This document shows positions 10,195-20,348 of a stretch of DNA of 64,000 nt, piece by piece; within the stretch, counting starts at the first letter, position 1; each line of letters opens with the position of its first letter. This DNA is from a virus: IMG/VR virus record IMGVR_UViG_3300005613_000051, positions 4,771-68,770 of that record; one strand, given 5' to 3'. A program made the position numbers and the translations under genes. Below the pieces are notes generated by a model. It was not told the DNA's origin, did no database searches, and saw only the letters and a program-made list of their open reading frames with translations.

Positions 10195-10823
10195 AAATAA
10201 CAATAGTCTCTGACATACATATAAATAGTTTTTTTACAAAAGAAAAAAAATTTTTAGAACTAATGGATACACTAGAAACAGATCTTTTAGTTATCAATGG
10301 AGATCTCTATGACCTTTATCTTGGTCCTCCAAAAAAAGATGTCATTAAAGACATAAAAAAGAATAAGAATATAAAAGATATAGTTTATATTCGAGGAAAT
10401 CATGATTTTAGAATAAAGGATCATTTCACGGGTATAAAAATATATGACTTTTATGAAATTGGTGATTTGTATATCACTCATGGACACCAGTATGATTTTC
10501 TTTCTAAAGAAGAACCCCGAAAATATGGTTATGGGGTGTGGACTGTTAAGATAAGAGATTGGATAGAGAGAGTTTTCAAATTTAATGTAAGGATATTTTT
10601 AAAGAAACTATCTTTTGGATCAATAGACAAGTTACTCTTTAGAGCACAGAAATTAGCTGTACTAGATAAACCTAATAAAAAGATTATCTTAGGACACACT
10701 CACCTTCCTATCAATGACCCCCCTTATTATAATTGTGGATGTATGGTAGATGATTTTTTCACTTATATGGATATTGATATAGAGAATGGTGTAAGCAATA
10801 TTAATTTAATAAGTGACCAATAA
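10191..10823 (+). CDS. calcineurin-like metallophosphoesterase (LpxH-like)
   Basis: SDIH, NGDLYD, RGNHD, THGH.YD, GHTH.P and N.G motifs. Confidence 0.85.
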   Translation: MKITIVSDIHINSFFTKEKKFLELMDTLETDLLVINGDLYDLYLGPPKKDVIKDIKKNKNIKDIVYIRGNHDFRIKDHFTGIKIYDFYEIGDLYITHGHQYDFLSKEEPRKYGYGVWTVKIRDWIERVFKFNVRIFLKKLSFGSIDKLLFRAQKLAVLDKPNKKIILGHTHLPINDPPYYNCGCMVDDFFTYMDIDIENGVSNINLISDQ

Positions 10824-11090
10824 ATGAAAAATTTTAAACAAGAAAAATATAAACAAGATAGAAATAATTTAAGATATTTAATAACCGACCCCTTTTCAGA
10901 ACATCCTTCTCTTACAATCCTTAATTTTATTAAAAATAGAGTTTTTATTAAGAATAAGAGTGCCAATTATACCTCAGAAAATAGTAAATTTTGCTATGAA
11001 TTAATTCTAGCTAATAAAACAGGATTTATAAGTGTCGGTATTAGTAAAGATCATTTAATTACTGCCAAAGTTTCTTATAATATAACTTAA
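10824..11090 (+). CDS. hypothetical protein (possible premature stop; frame stays open to 11153)
   Basis: Abuts the previous stop; has an in-frame continuation after the TAA. Confidence 0.5.
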   Translation: MKNFKQEKYKQDRNNLRYLITDPFSEHPSLTILNFIKNRVFIKNKSANYTSENSKFCYELILANKTGFISVGISKDHLITAKVSYNIT

Positions 11091-11162
11091 GAAATTAAAA
11101 CAAGAGATATAAAAGAAGTATTATCTTTGATTAAAGAGGTGTTATTTACTTAGGAGAGACTT

Positions 11163-11759
11163 TTGAGACTAGAGATTGGAGGGGGATTGATACCTAGGGA
11201 AGGGTATGTAAATGTGGATTACATGGACCATCCTTTAGTTGATTACCAAGTAGACCTAAACAACGACTCTTTACCTTTCCCGAATAGTTCTGTAGATGAG
11301 ATATATTCTAATCATTGTTTAGAGCATTTACAGCCGGGATTTAATGGATTTCTACATTGTATTGAAGAGATGTGGAGAGTAAGCAAACCTAATGCTCCTT
11401 GGTATATAAGAGTACCTTATTTTAATAGCCATCACAGTTTAGCAAATCCTTTTCATTCAAATAACATATTTAATGAATACACCTTTTATTATTTTTCTGA
11501 TGAGCATATAAATCAATATTGTAGTAATGTTTATATTAGAAAGGGAAGTTGTTTTGAACATAATCTTAAAGCAACTTTGATTGTAGATAAAATTTGTTTT
11601 GAATTTTTTGATAACTATAAGATGTTGGAAAAATATCCTTCTGAAAAGGTTACTGAAATAATTCATAAAGAAATGAATGTTGTAAATAATATTGTTTACT
11701 ATTTAAGAGCAGAAAAACCTGATTTCTGGTTAAAAGAGGATTTTAGGAATAGAGGTTAA
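11163..11759 (+). CDS. class I SAM-dependent methyltransferase (Methyltransf_11-like)
   Basis: LEIGGG, NVD, LPFPNSSVDEIYSNHCLEHL, E.WRV.KP. TTG start with AGGAG RBS. Confidence 0.85.
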   Translation: MRLEIGGGLIPREGYVNVDYMDHPLVDYQVDLNNDSLPFPNSSVDEIYSNHCLEHLQPGFNGFLHCIEEMWRVSKPNAPWYIRVPYFNSHHSLANPFHSNNIFNEYTFYYFSDEHINQYCSNVYIRKGSCFEHNLKATLIVDKICFEFFDNYKMLEKYPSEKVTEIIHKEMNVVNNIVYYLRAEKPDFWLKEDFRNRG

Positions 11760-11762
11760 GTC

Positions 11763-12248
11763 ATGAAAAATTTAATTAAAAAAATAGCTATGGGTCACCT
11801 AATGTCCCCTGAATATAAGGGAAATCTTCTTGAATATTTTGAAGAAAAACAAGAAGATGAAAAGAAAAAAGAATCTTTTTTATTAAATGTTGTTAAAATA
11901 GCACGTGCTTGGCATGAAACCCTTCAAGCTGTTAAAAAAACCTTAGACCAATTTATAGGACATACGGGATATAACGTGGAAAGAAGGGGAGGGAATTTTT
12001 ATTTCCACCCCAAAGATGAATCTTTTCATGAAACTAGAAGTTATCCTATGCTTTTTGTTCTACCAGATGGAGATACTTTTATTTCTGATGCTTCACATAG
12101 AGAACGAGAACATGAGGAAAAAGCAAGTAAAAAAGAAACGCCTCAGCACGAACCTCCTATGGGAGCTAAGAAGTATACTATGACTAGGGGTATAAAGACT
12201 ATGATTGATCAATTGTCTGAAAAAAAAGACAAAGGAAGATATCAATAG
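11763..12248 (+). CDS. hypothetical protein
   Basis: 161 aa charged ORF with GAGG RBS. Confidence 0.7.
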   Translation: MKNLIKKIAMGHLMSPEYKGNLLEYFEEKQEDEKKKESFLLNVVKIARAWHETLQAVKKTLDQFIGHTGYNVERRGGNFYFHPKDESFHETRSYPMLFVLPDGDTFISDASHREREHEEKASKKETPQHEPPMGAKKYTMTRGIKTMIDQLSEKKDKGRYQ

Positions 12249-12596
12249 GTGGTTCCTATCATTATTGAATCAAAAAATTTCTGTAAAGCTATTTCTTGGT
12301 TTATGCCTGTGGGAGCTATTACCTTATACCCCTTTATTATATGTCGAGATAAAAGTAATCAAGTGATGATTAATCATGAGTCTATCCACATTAAACAACA
12401 ATTAGAATTATGTATATTGCCATTTTTTATCCTTTATTTTTTAAATTGGATATACAATTTAATCAAGTATAGGGGTGACCCCAACAAATCCTATTTAGAA
12501 ATAATTTTTGAAAAAGAAGCTTATGCTAAGGAACGTGATTTTAAATATTTGTTATCCCGACCTAAATGGTCCTGTTTTAAAAGAAATCTTAGCTGA
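12249..12596 (+). CDS. small membrane-associated HExxH (zincin-like) protein
   Basis: AITLYPFI, NHESIH..QQ.E, a hydrophobic stretch, then FEKEAY. Confidence 0.7.
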   Translation: MVPIIIESKNFCKAISWFMPVGAITLYPFIICRDKSNQVMINHESIHIKQQLELCILPFFILYFLNWIYNLIKYRGDPNKSYLEIIFEKEAYAKERDFKYLLSRPKWSCFKRNLS

Positions 12597-12748
12597 TACT
12601 TTCTAGTTTATTAATTTTCCTTTAAACATAAGCATTTCAGAATAAATCTTATTAAAAACAAGTTTACTATAATCTAGTTATATCCTTGAAATCAGGTATT
12701 AGAAAATTTTTTATTAATAATCTCGTTAAAGAGTATAGGAGAAATTAT

Positions 12749-12895
12749 ATGTCATTTATTAAGCGATGTGTGAGTACCATAATTAAGTGTGGTTGTGGAA
12801 AACCAAGTGTAATTAATTATAGAGGAAAATGGTATTGTGTTGATTGTTTAAATAATTTAAAAAAATCCAAAAAAACTCTTAAAAAAACCTTATAG
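12749..12895 (+). CDS. small zinc-finger protein
   Basis: KCGCGK...WYCVDC. The AGGAG RBS favours the ATG at 12749 over the track start at 12686. Confidence 0.6.
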   Translation: MSFIKRCVSTIIKCGCGKPSVINYRGKWYCVDCLNNLKKSKKTLKKTL

Positions 12896-12898
12896 GTT

Positions 12899-13216
12899 TT
12901 GGAGGCTTCGATGAAATATGATCTCACTGTAGGTATTTTTGAGTGGGAATTAGATGATGAAGTTGGAGAAGAGGAAATGGATGGGGATTTAGGTTTATGT
13001 GATTATGAGACATTGAAAATTTCTATTAAAGAAGGATTAAAGGATCAAATTAAAAAAGTCACAGTTCTTCATGAATTAGGTCATGCTTTTTTTTCTTCAG
13101 CAGGATTTGACCCAGAAGAGGAAGAGAGGGTAGTAGACATCATGGCAGTTCAAATGATTGGGTTCATTCAAAAAAACAAAGAATTTTTTAAATATTATTT
13201 TCTAGAGGAAGAATAG
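12899..13216 (+). CDS. HExxH metallopeptidase-like protein (ImmA/IrrE-like fold)
   Basis: GLCDY...I.I...VLHELGHA...EE.VV. The true start is probably the internal ATG at 12911. Confidence 0.7.
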   Translation: MEASMKYDLTVGIFEWELDDEVGEEEMDGDLGLCDYETLKISIKEGLKDQIKKVTVLHELGHAFFSSAGFDPEEEERVVDIMAVQMIGFIQKNKEFFKYYFLEEE

Positions 13217-13317
13217 GATATTTAAAGTTATCTTACCGTTATAATCATATAGTTGTTATCTATTAATATTAAGGGTTTCAGTAGTATTAACTTTTGAGGA
13301 CATATGAGGAGAGATCA

Positions 13318-13734
13318 ATGGACAAAGTACTAAAAGACTTAAAGAAACTTAAGAACATTTATTATGAGACTGAAAAGTGTAAACTTGGAGACGAATTAGA
13401 GGTTACTCTAAGATTACTAACTTCAGAAGAAGAAACCGAAGTACATAGTTTTTCTACTAAGTATGAGCAAGGTATTGCTTATCTTTATTCTGTAAAAAGA
13501 GAAACTTTAGCAAGATCTATTGTTGAATTAAATGGGAGTCTCATTCCTGAAATTATTGAAGATGATGACCTTGGTAAAGTTCAGAAACATGTTTGGCTTC
13601 GTGATAATATTATTAAGGGGTGGAGTCAAGTTTTAATTGACGAGTTGTGGCAAAAATATGCGAAACTTCTTCTTAGAGTGGAAGAGAAGATTGGAGTTTC
13701 ATTTAAGGAAGAAGACGAAAAAGAGAAGGAATGA
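13318..13734 (+). CDS. putative tail assembly chaperone
   Basis: Lies two genes before the tape measure, with an LRLLTSEEE motif. GAGGAG RBS favours the ATG at 13318. Confidence 0.5.
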   Translation: MDKVLKDLKKLKNIYYETEKCKLGDELEVTLRLLTSEEETEVHSFSTKYEQGIAYLYSVKRETLARSIVELNGSLIPEIIEDDDLGKVQKHVWLRDNIIKGWSQVLIDELWQKYAKLLLRVEEKIGVSFKEEDEKEKE

Positions 13735-14939
13735 AAAAGAATAGGTATAAGGACTTAGAGGATCTATTATATATTGGCTTTATACCCTATAAAACTAGAA
13801 TAGGTAACTTAGATTTTGTTTTTAAATCGGTCAGTGATTTAGAATACCAAAAAACTAGTTTAATGAGTGGTATAAAAGATGACTTTTTTTATAACTCTAA
13901 GTTTCATCGTAATTATTTATATCATTCTATTTTCATGATTAATGGGACAAATGTATTAGAAAAAAGGGAGTTTTATTATAATGATCTTATAGATATTTTT
14001 AAAGAGTCACCTTCTTTTTTAATCAATAAAATATTTAATATTTTAGATAAATTAGCAACTAGATTAAATAAGTGTATAAATTTAGTAGAACCTTATGCTT
14101 ATGAAAATAATTCTAGATATAGCTGGTTGAGTAAAAGAAATAGTATACTCAATAGTTATCAGCACACCGGAATAAAAGGTACCGAAGAATTAGGATTAAA
14201 TCAGTTTCAAAAGTATTGGTCAGTTTTAAATATAAGAGAAGATGAAAAAGAATCTTTTGAAGAAAGATATAGCCTAGCTAAATTTTTAGCATCTTTTACA
14301 GACCCCAAATCAATTAGAAAAATTGATGGTCAGGATAAAGCTAAAAAAGAAGAAGAAGAGAAAAAAAGAGAAAGAATAAAATTATATGGTACTGAAGAAG
14401 AAAAATTAAAATATTTGGATCCAACTTCTACCCGAGACGGCATTATAGCTGAATTAGAAAAACAAATGAGAGGAGATAAGGATGCTCATGATAAAGCTAT
14501 AGAAGAACATGAGAAAAAACTTCGAGCTAATATGCTGAAACAGATGCAAGAACTTAAAAATATGCAAGAATCTAGAAAGAAAGAAAATATTTTTATTGAT
14601 GAAGCAAGACCTATCTCTAAAGAAGAAATGTTAGAAAGAATTAATAAAAATAAAAAATCTCCAAAAGTATTCTTAAAGTCTATAGATGAAAATGAATCAA
14701 AGTATATGGAAATGTCCAATGTAAAAACAGAAGATATTTTAGAAGAATCTGGACTTACTACAGAAGGTTATAATCATTTAGTTAATAATGAGATGTTTAA
14801 AGATAAATACAAAAAGATAGAAGATAGAGAAGATAATACCACTCAGAAATATTTAGAAGAACAGAAAAGATTAGCAGCATATGCTGGCATAGATGATGAG
14901 GAAACTAATTTTGATTTTCCAAATTTGAGGAATAGATAA
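13731..14939 (+). CDS. hypothetical tail-assembly-region protein
   Basis: ATGA overlap, highly charged C-terminal half, directly precedes the tape measure. Confidence 0.6.
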   Translation: MKKNRYKDLEDLLYIGFIPYKTRIGNLDFVFKSVSDLEYQKTSLMSGIKDDFFYNSKFHRNYLYHSIFMINGTNVLEKREFYYNDLIDIFKESPSFLINKIFNILDKLATRLNKCINLVEPYAYENNSRYSWLSKRNSILNSYQHTGIKGTEELGLNQFQKYWSVLNIREDEKESFEERYSLAKFLASFTDPKSIRKIDGQDKAKKEEEEKKRERIKLYGTEEEKLKYLDPTSTRDGIIAELEKQMRGDKDAHDKAIEEHEKKLRANMLKQMQELKNMQESRKKENIFIDEARPISKEEMLERINKNKKSPKVFLKSIDENESKYMEMSNVKTEDILEESGLTTEGYNHLVNNEMFKDKYKKIEDREDNTTQKYLEEQKRLAAYAGIDDEETNFDFPNLRNR

Positions 14940-17900
14940 TGGCTGATAACAATGTTAAAAAAATAAACCAAATTGCTAAAAATTTAGAAAATCTTACAAA
15001 GCATCTTAGAGATACGGATAATACACAAAAAAGAACATTTAATAATATTGATAGTAATGCTAAAAAAGCTAGTAAGACTACCAAAGAACTTACAAAAAAC
15101 TTTGAGAATTTTGATAAAGTATTATCAGGAATAACTTCTCAAGAGTTTACCAAGTCATTAAAAGATATGCCTAATTACATTAAAGGTGTAAGTAAACTTA
15201 CCTCATCTTATACAAAGTATACTCGTGAGGTAGGGCGTACTAATGAAATGTTCAAAACTTTAGGTATTTCTTTTAATAAAACAATGCATGATTTAGAAGG
15301 TAAATCTAAGAATGTTGCTAACGCAATGTCTGATTTAATGAATCGTGCTAATAAATTTGCAAATATAAAAGATAATATCTCTGGAATACCAAAAAAACTT
15401 AAAGAGATTCAAGATGCTATGGGTGATTCCCCTGAAATTAAGGTGGGTTCTATAGAAAAACTTAATTCTTTAGTAGATAATCTTGAGGGTAAAGTAAGTA
15501 AGGTTGATTTTGACGATATTAAAAAGAGCTTATCTAAAATAGGAAAAGGAGAAGAAATTTCTGATGTTACTAAAGAAATTCAAGATAAGTTAAACAATGT
15601 AAAAATAGAACCATTAATAATAGGTGGAGAAGAAACTGGTAAACAACTAGTTAATGAAATTAGTACTGAATTAAATAAAATGGGGAATCTTGCCCCTGGA
15701 GATTCCTTAATAGATACTTTTCGTGAAAGTATAAAAGAATTAAGTAAAGATGATTCTTTTAAACAAGTTGTAGAAAATAATAAAGAAGCAATTGATGAAT
15801 TTGAAAAAATCTTAAAAAAACCTGGTGTTACCTATACAGAAGTATCCGATAAAATGATGCAAATTAATAGTGCATTAAAAGAATCCATGAATGGTTTTTT
15901 TGAAAATTTTCGTAAAGATGCTGCTAACTTAGAAAATGATCAAAATCTTATAATTAAAAAACAAGAAGAACTTTCTGATAAATTTAAAAAAGGATATCAG
16001 TTAACTTTTTTAACTGAAGAAGCAATATCCCAATTTCAAGGGGTCATGGCACAACTTTCTGCAGATACACTTGACCTTCAAGCTAATAACATTATTCCTG
16101 ATGAACAATTACTTAAAACTGGGGAAATGGAAAAAGCTTTAAAAAAATTAGTTCAACTTAATGAAGAAAATAAAGAGATACAACAAGATTTATCTGTTCC
16201 AGAAGAAAAAAGAAAAAAGACTATTGAACAAATTAAGCAAGCTGAACAAAAGAATATAAGTGCTATTAAAGATCAGATTAGATATATGAAAGATCTTGAA
16301 AAGAGTTCAGAAGGATATGCTAAGAATTTAATAGCTGGTGCAGAAAAAGGTTTTGGAGAAGATAAAGCTGAAGGATTTTCTAACGAATTATTTAAAATAA
16401 ATGGTTATCTTCAGAAAACAGGAAATTCTTTAGGAGAAAATAGTCTTATAGGAAAGGGACTTAAAAGTCTCGGAGGTTTAGCAGGTAGCTTTGGTGGTAA
16501 ATTAAAACAACTAGCTTTTCCAGTAGGTTTGATTACAGGAGCTATTTCCTTAACTAAATTTCTATTAAAAGTAGAATCACAATATGCAAAAATGAGTCAA
16601 GAAATTGTTGGAACAGGTGCTTTAATGACTACCTCTGCTAAGGATATGGGTTCCGCTTTAGATTCTCTTAATATCAAAGCAAGTAATATGGAAGGACTTC
16701 TAGCAGCAGCTATGGGAAGTAAAGATTTAGCTCTAGCTAGAGGAGAAATATTAGATGTAGTAAATACTTTAAATAGTGCTGGTATTCCTGCAAAAAAATT
16801 AAAAGAACAAATGAAAGGAGTCGCTACAACTGCTGCTGAAGCAAAAAATGAATTTTTAGGTGCTGCAGCACAAGTAACTACTTTTTCTTATAATCTAGGT
16901 ATAAGTAAAGGACAAGTTGCAGGAATGATTGGTGAGATGGGACATGAATTCGGTTCTACTATGGGTAGTGTAAAAGATACCTTTGCAAATATCACTGCTT
17001 CTGCTCAAGCTTCGGATATGAGTACTAATAGATTTTTAGCTACAGTACAAACAACTACTGCAGGTATGAGTTTTTATGAAGAACAAGTAAGTGATGTGGC
17101 GAAGATAATGGGTCATCTAAGTAAAACCACCAATATGTCTGGAACTGATCTAGAAAAATTTGGTAAAGCTATGGGTGGTATGTCCGAAAGTACCGATCAA
17201 GCTATGAAAGGTTTAGCTATGATGCAGGCTATGGGCGGTAAAGCTTCTTTATCCGGTCTTGCAGATAAAGTTACTAAGTCTATGGCTGGTTTGGATGAGA
17301 AAATAGCTAAAGCTAGATCAAGAGGGGATACTGATACTGTAAAAACACTAGAAGCTCAAAAGAGAAATTCAGAAGAATTGAGATCTGCTTTACAATCTGG
17401 AGATTTACCTAAAGCTGCATATATGATGAAGATGGCATCGGGGGATGTGAAAAAAGCCTTAACAGCAGGTCAATTGGAGTTTGTAGCTAAAGCTTCCGGC
17501 GGAGATAGAATGGTCGGAGAAAAATTAGCTGGAAGTTTTGGAAATGAATTAAAAGATTTCTATAATACTATGCAAGCTAAAGGAATAACTGTTTCACAAT
17601 TACAAACAGATCCTGAAATTGTAGGAAAATTTGATGAGCAGAGAGATGCTGCTAAAGAAGCCGATAAAAAAGCAGGAGATGTTCGTAATAAAACTTTAGT
17701 TGCTGCGCAAGAAACAGCTACTATTCTAGGAGGAAAAATTTTACCTCTTCTTTATGGTATGACAGCTATGATGGCAGCAGGTGGGGGATTGTCAGGTCTA
17801 ATCAAACTCTTCAAAGGAGGAGGATTATTTGGTAAAGGTGGTGTTGGTGGAGGACTCTTAGATAAACTCTCCGGCATGGGCAAAATGGGTGCTGGAACTG

Positions 17901-18586
17901 CTATTAGACAAGGTGCTGGAGGAATGCTGAGAGGAATTGGGGGAATGGCAAAAGGAGCTAGAGGTTTATTAAATACTGCGGGTGGAGGTGTTGCTGCTTT
18001 TGGATTATTAACCTCTTCCCTTGAAAATGTTTGGACTATGATATCCGATGGTCCAGAAAAATTTGAAAAAGATTTAAAAGATAAATATGATGCTCGTTCT
18101 TTTGCAGAAAAGTTAATGCACCCTATAGATACCCTTACAACTTTGGGTCACAAAGTTGGGGATTGGATGTTAGATACTTTTAATCTAGGTGGTATGGATA
18201 AAGATGTTAAAGAAGGTTTTGATAAAAAAGATAAAGAATTAAAAGATAAGAAAGCTAAAATGTTAGCAGATGCTAATTTAGCAAGAAAAGAACAAGGTCT
18301 TGAAGAGTTTGGTAGTTATGAAGCTTGGAAAACACATAAACGAGCTAATAAGATCATTCCTCCAGCTACAGATTTAAATCCTGCAATAGATATTACTAGA
18401 TTGGGAAGAAATCCTGAAAAAAATATATCTTTAGCAAGACCATCCATTTCAAATAATAAAAGCATTACCAGTAATTCTGATAATAAAGTAGTTAATAATA
18501 TTACTATTAATGGAGTGGATACTGAAAAAGCAATGAAATATGTAGATCATAAAATTAATCGAACAGATATTCAGGTGAATAAATGA
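14939..18586 (+). CDS. tail tape measure protein
   Basis: 1215 aa, coiled-coil with Ala/Gly/Met-rich helical and Gly-rich hydrophobic segments, upstream of the baseplate hub. Confidence 0.8.
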   Translation: MADNNVKKINQIAKNLENLTKHLRDTDNTQKRTFNNIDSNAKKASKTTKELTKNFENFDKVLSGITSQEFTKSLKDMPNYIKGVSKLTSSYTKYTREVGRTNEMFKTLGISFNKTMHDLEGKSKNVANAMSDLMNRANKFANIKDNISGIPKKLKEIQDAMGDSPEIKVGSIEKLNSLVDNLEGKVSKVDFDDIKKSLSKIGKGEEISDVTKEIQDKLNNVKIEPLIIGGEETGKQLVNEISTELNKMGNLAPGDSLIDTFRESIKELSKDDSFKQVVENNKEAIDEFEKILKKPGVTYTEVSDKMMQINSALKESMNGFFENFRKDAANLENDQNLIIKKQEELSDKFKKGYQLTFLTEEAISQFQGVMAQLSADTLDLQANNIIPDEQLLKTGEMEKALKKLVQLNEENKEIQQDLSVPEEKRKKTIEQIKQAEQKNISAIKDQIRYMKDLEKSSEGYAKNLIAGAEKGFGEDKAEGFSNELFKINGYLQKTGNSLGENSLIGKGLKSLGGLAGSFGGKLKQLAFPVGLITGAISLTKFLLKVESQYAKMSQEIVGTGALMTTSAKDMGSALDSLNIKASNMEGLLAAAMGSKDLALARGEILDVVNTLNSAGIPAKKLKEQMKGVATTAAEAKNEFLGAAAQVTTFSYNLGISKGQVAGMIGEMGHEFGSTMGSVKDTFANITASAQASDMSTNRFLATVQTTTAGMSFYEEQVSDVAKIMGHLSKTTNMSGTDLEKFGKAMGGMSESTDQAMKGLAMMQAMGGKASLSGLADKVTKSMAGLDEKIAKARSRGDTDTVKTLEAQKRNSEELRSALQSGDLPKAAYMMKMASGDVKKALTAGQLEFVAKASGGDRMVGEKLAGSFGNELKDFYNTMQAKGITVSQLQTDPEIVGKFDEQRDAAKEADKKAGDVRNKTLVAAQETATILGGKILPLLYGMTAMMAAGGGLSGLIKLFKGGGLFGKGGVGGGLLDKLSGMGKMGAGTAIRQGAGGMLRGIGGMAKGARGLLNTAGGGVAAFGLLTSSLENVWTMISDGPEKFEKDLKDKYDARSFAEKLMHPIDTLTTLGHKVGDWMLDTFNLGGMDKDVKEGFDKKDKELKDKKAKMLADANLARKEQGLEEFGSYEAWKTHKRANKIIPPATDLNPAIDITRLGRNPEKNISLARPSISNNKSITSNSDNKVVNNITINGVDTEKAMKYVDHKINRTDIQVNK

Positions 18587-19098
18587 GTGTAAGAATACCG
18601 GTAGCACCTAAGTATGAGACTAGGAGATTAGCTATTAATATCATAGAAGATTTTTATGAACCTACGGTTATGCTTCCTCCCTTATACTTTCATATAAATC
18701 CTCAAAATTTTAATATAAACTATGCTAAAAAGATAAATCGATATCAAACTTTTAATGCTTATGTAGAGGAATATTGGGGGGATGAATTAGATACAATTAC
18801 CTGTAATGCCTCAACGGGAGCATTTATATCTGAAGATTTAGGATTGGACACTATTGGAAGATCTAAAACAGATCCTTATTTTAAATTTAAAGATATTTTG
18901 GATGTTTATAGAAATAATGGATGTATCTATGACGCTAAAGGAAGAGTTTTAAGAAAAGGAAAAGTAGTTGTTTTCTTTGATCCAGGAACATACTTTGGTT
19001 ATTTTGAAAATTTTACCTATTCAGAAAGTGGGGATAGTCCTTTTAAATTTATTTTTAGTTTTTCATTTAAAGTTCAAAAGTCTTATACAGGTGTTTAA
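18583..19098 (+). CDS. tail tube initiator or baseplate-tube junction protein
   Basis: INPQN...KKIN...VEE.WG.E.D.I.C...Y.G.F..F...E....PF motif, shared with the next gene. Confidence 0.6.
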   Translation: MSVRIPVAPKYETRRLAINIIEDFYEPTVMLPPLYFHINPQNFNINYAKKINRYQTFNAYVEEYWGDELDTITCNASTGAFISEDLGLDTIGRSKTDPYFKFKDILDVYRNNGCIYDAKGRVLRKGKVVVFFDPGTYFGYFENFTYSESGDSPFKFIFSFSFKVQKSYTGV

Positions 19099-19100
19099 TA

Positions 19101-20339
19101 ATGACAATTAAATCTAGTTTAAATCCCGATATAAAAGGAATCACATTTCCTTCTGATCACCAGTATGTTATTATTGATACTTCAGAAACTCCCAAATATA
19201 AAGATTTGCCTAGATTAGCCATGTCTTTTTGGATTGAATATTCGGGAAATAATATAAAAGATGTCCCCCAACTAACTCTTCTAATTAATCCTCAGAATAT
19301 GAGTCTTACTTTTGCTAAAAAAATAAATTCTTCTTTTGCTAGAGATGGTTACATCGTAGAAGAATGGGGAGAAGAACAGGATGTAATCCAATGCTCTGGT
19401 AAAATTGGAGGATATTATGTTATACGAGGATCTGATTTTAACGGTCCTTCAAAAATTTCAGGATTAAATCGTTATAATAGGAGTAAATCCCTCTCTTTTA
19501 AAAATCTTTATAAATTATTATATATTTTTCGAAATAATGGAGCAATTTATCAAAATGAAACAATGCCAAGAGAAAGCACAAAATTGATACAGCAATCTGG
19601 GTATCCCTATATTAATCATAGAATTCCTAAAGTCATAGAAAATGAAAAAAATAGAATTGATAGACTAGGTGATGTTAAGATGTATTATGATCAAACTATT
19701 TATGTAGGAGCTTTTGACACGTTTTCGATAAATGAAGATGCTAATTCTCCTTATACTCTTGAATATAATTTTCAGTTCACAGTTCAAAGAACAGATACCA
19801 CTGATTATAGAACATTTGATTCAACAATACGTGCTACTCTAGAAAATTCAGATGTTGCTAAAAATTCTAGAGAGGTTAGAACTTTGGTTGAAAACGCTAT
19901 TAGCATTCAGAAAGAATCAAGAGCACTAGAAGATAAAAATCTTTCAGAAGTAACTGATTCAGTAGCAGACGTAGCTCTTTCGAAAGATAGCATAGCATCT
20001 AATGTAACCCCAAAACAGTTAGCTCAAAGAGGAGTAAGTCTATTACGAAGTAATGATATGAATCCTACTATTGAAGATAAAGAAAAATATGAAAAAGCTA
20101 TAGAGACTATAAATAATGGACGAATACAGAAAAACGTTAGTCTTACTAATCAAGGAAAACAACAATTACGAGATGCTATAAACGATACCGCTGTAAGGGA
20201 AAATAGATGGTCAACTACAGAAGCAAGATCAAAAGCAAATAATTTAGCAGAAGTAATGATTAAAGATCTTCCTAAACCTAAATCTCAAATAAATAAAGAG
20301 ATTACAGAAAGTACAGGTAAATCTATAAAACAGTTATAG
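19101..20339 (+). CDS. tail tube initiator-like protein with C-terminal extension
   Basis: Paralogous motifs to 18583..19098. Confidence 0.6.
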   Translation: MTIKSSLNPDIKGITFPSDHQYVIIDTSETPKYKDLPRLAMSFWIEYSGNNIKDVPQLTLLINPQNMSLTFAKKINSSFARDGYIVEEWGEEQDVIQCSGKIGGYYVIRGSDFNGPSKISGLNRYNRSKSLSFKNLYKLLYIFRNNGAIYQNETMPRESTKLIQQSGYPYINHRIPKVIENEKNRIDRLGDVKMYYDQTIYVGAFDTFSINEDANSPYTLEYNFQFTVQRTDTTDYRTFDSTIRATLENSDVAKNSREVRTLVENAISIQKESRALEDKNLSEVTDSVADVALSKDSIASNVTPKQLAQRGVSLLRSNDMNPTIEDKEKYEKAIETINNGRIQKNVSLTNQGKQQLRDAINDTAVRENRWSTTEARSKANNLAEVMIKDLPKPKSQINKEITESTGKSIKQL

Positions 20340-20348
20340 GATAATAGA

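Noticed and set aside
13318-14939. Programmed frameshift in the tail chaperone pair
   Set aside because: The genes join by an ordinary ATGA overlap, and I could not identify a convincing slippery site.
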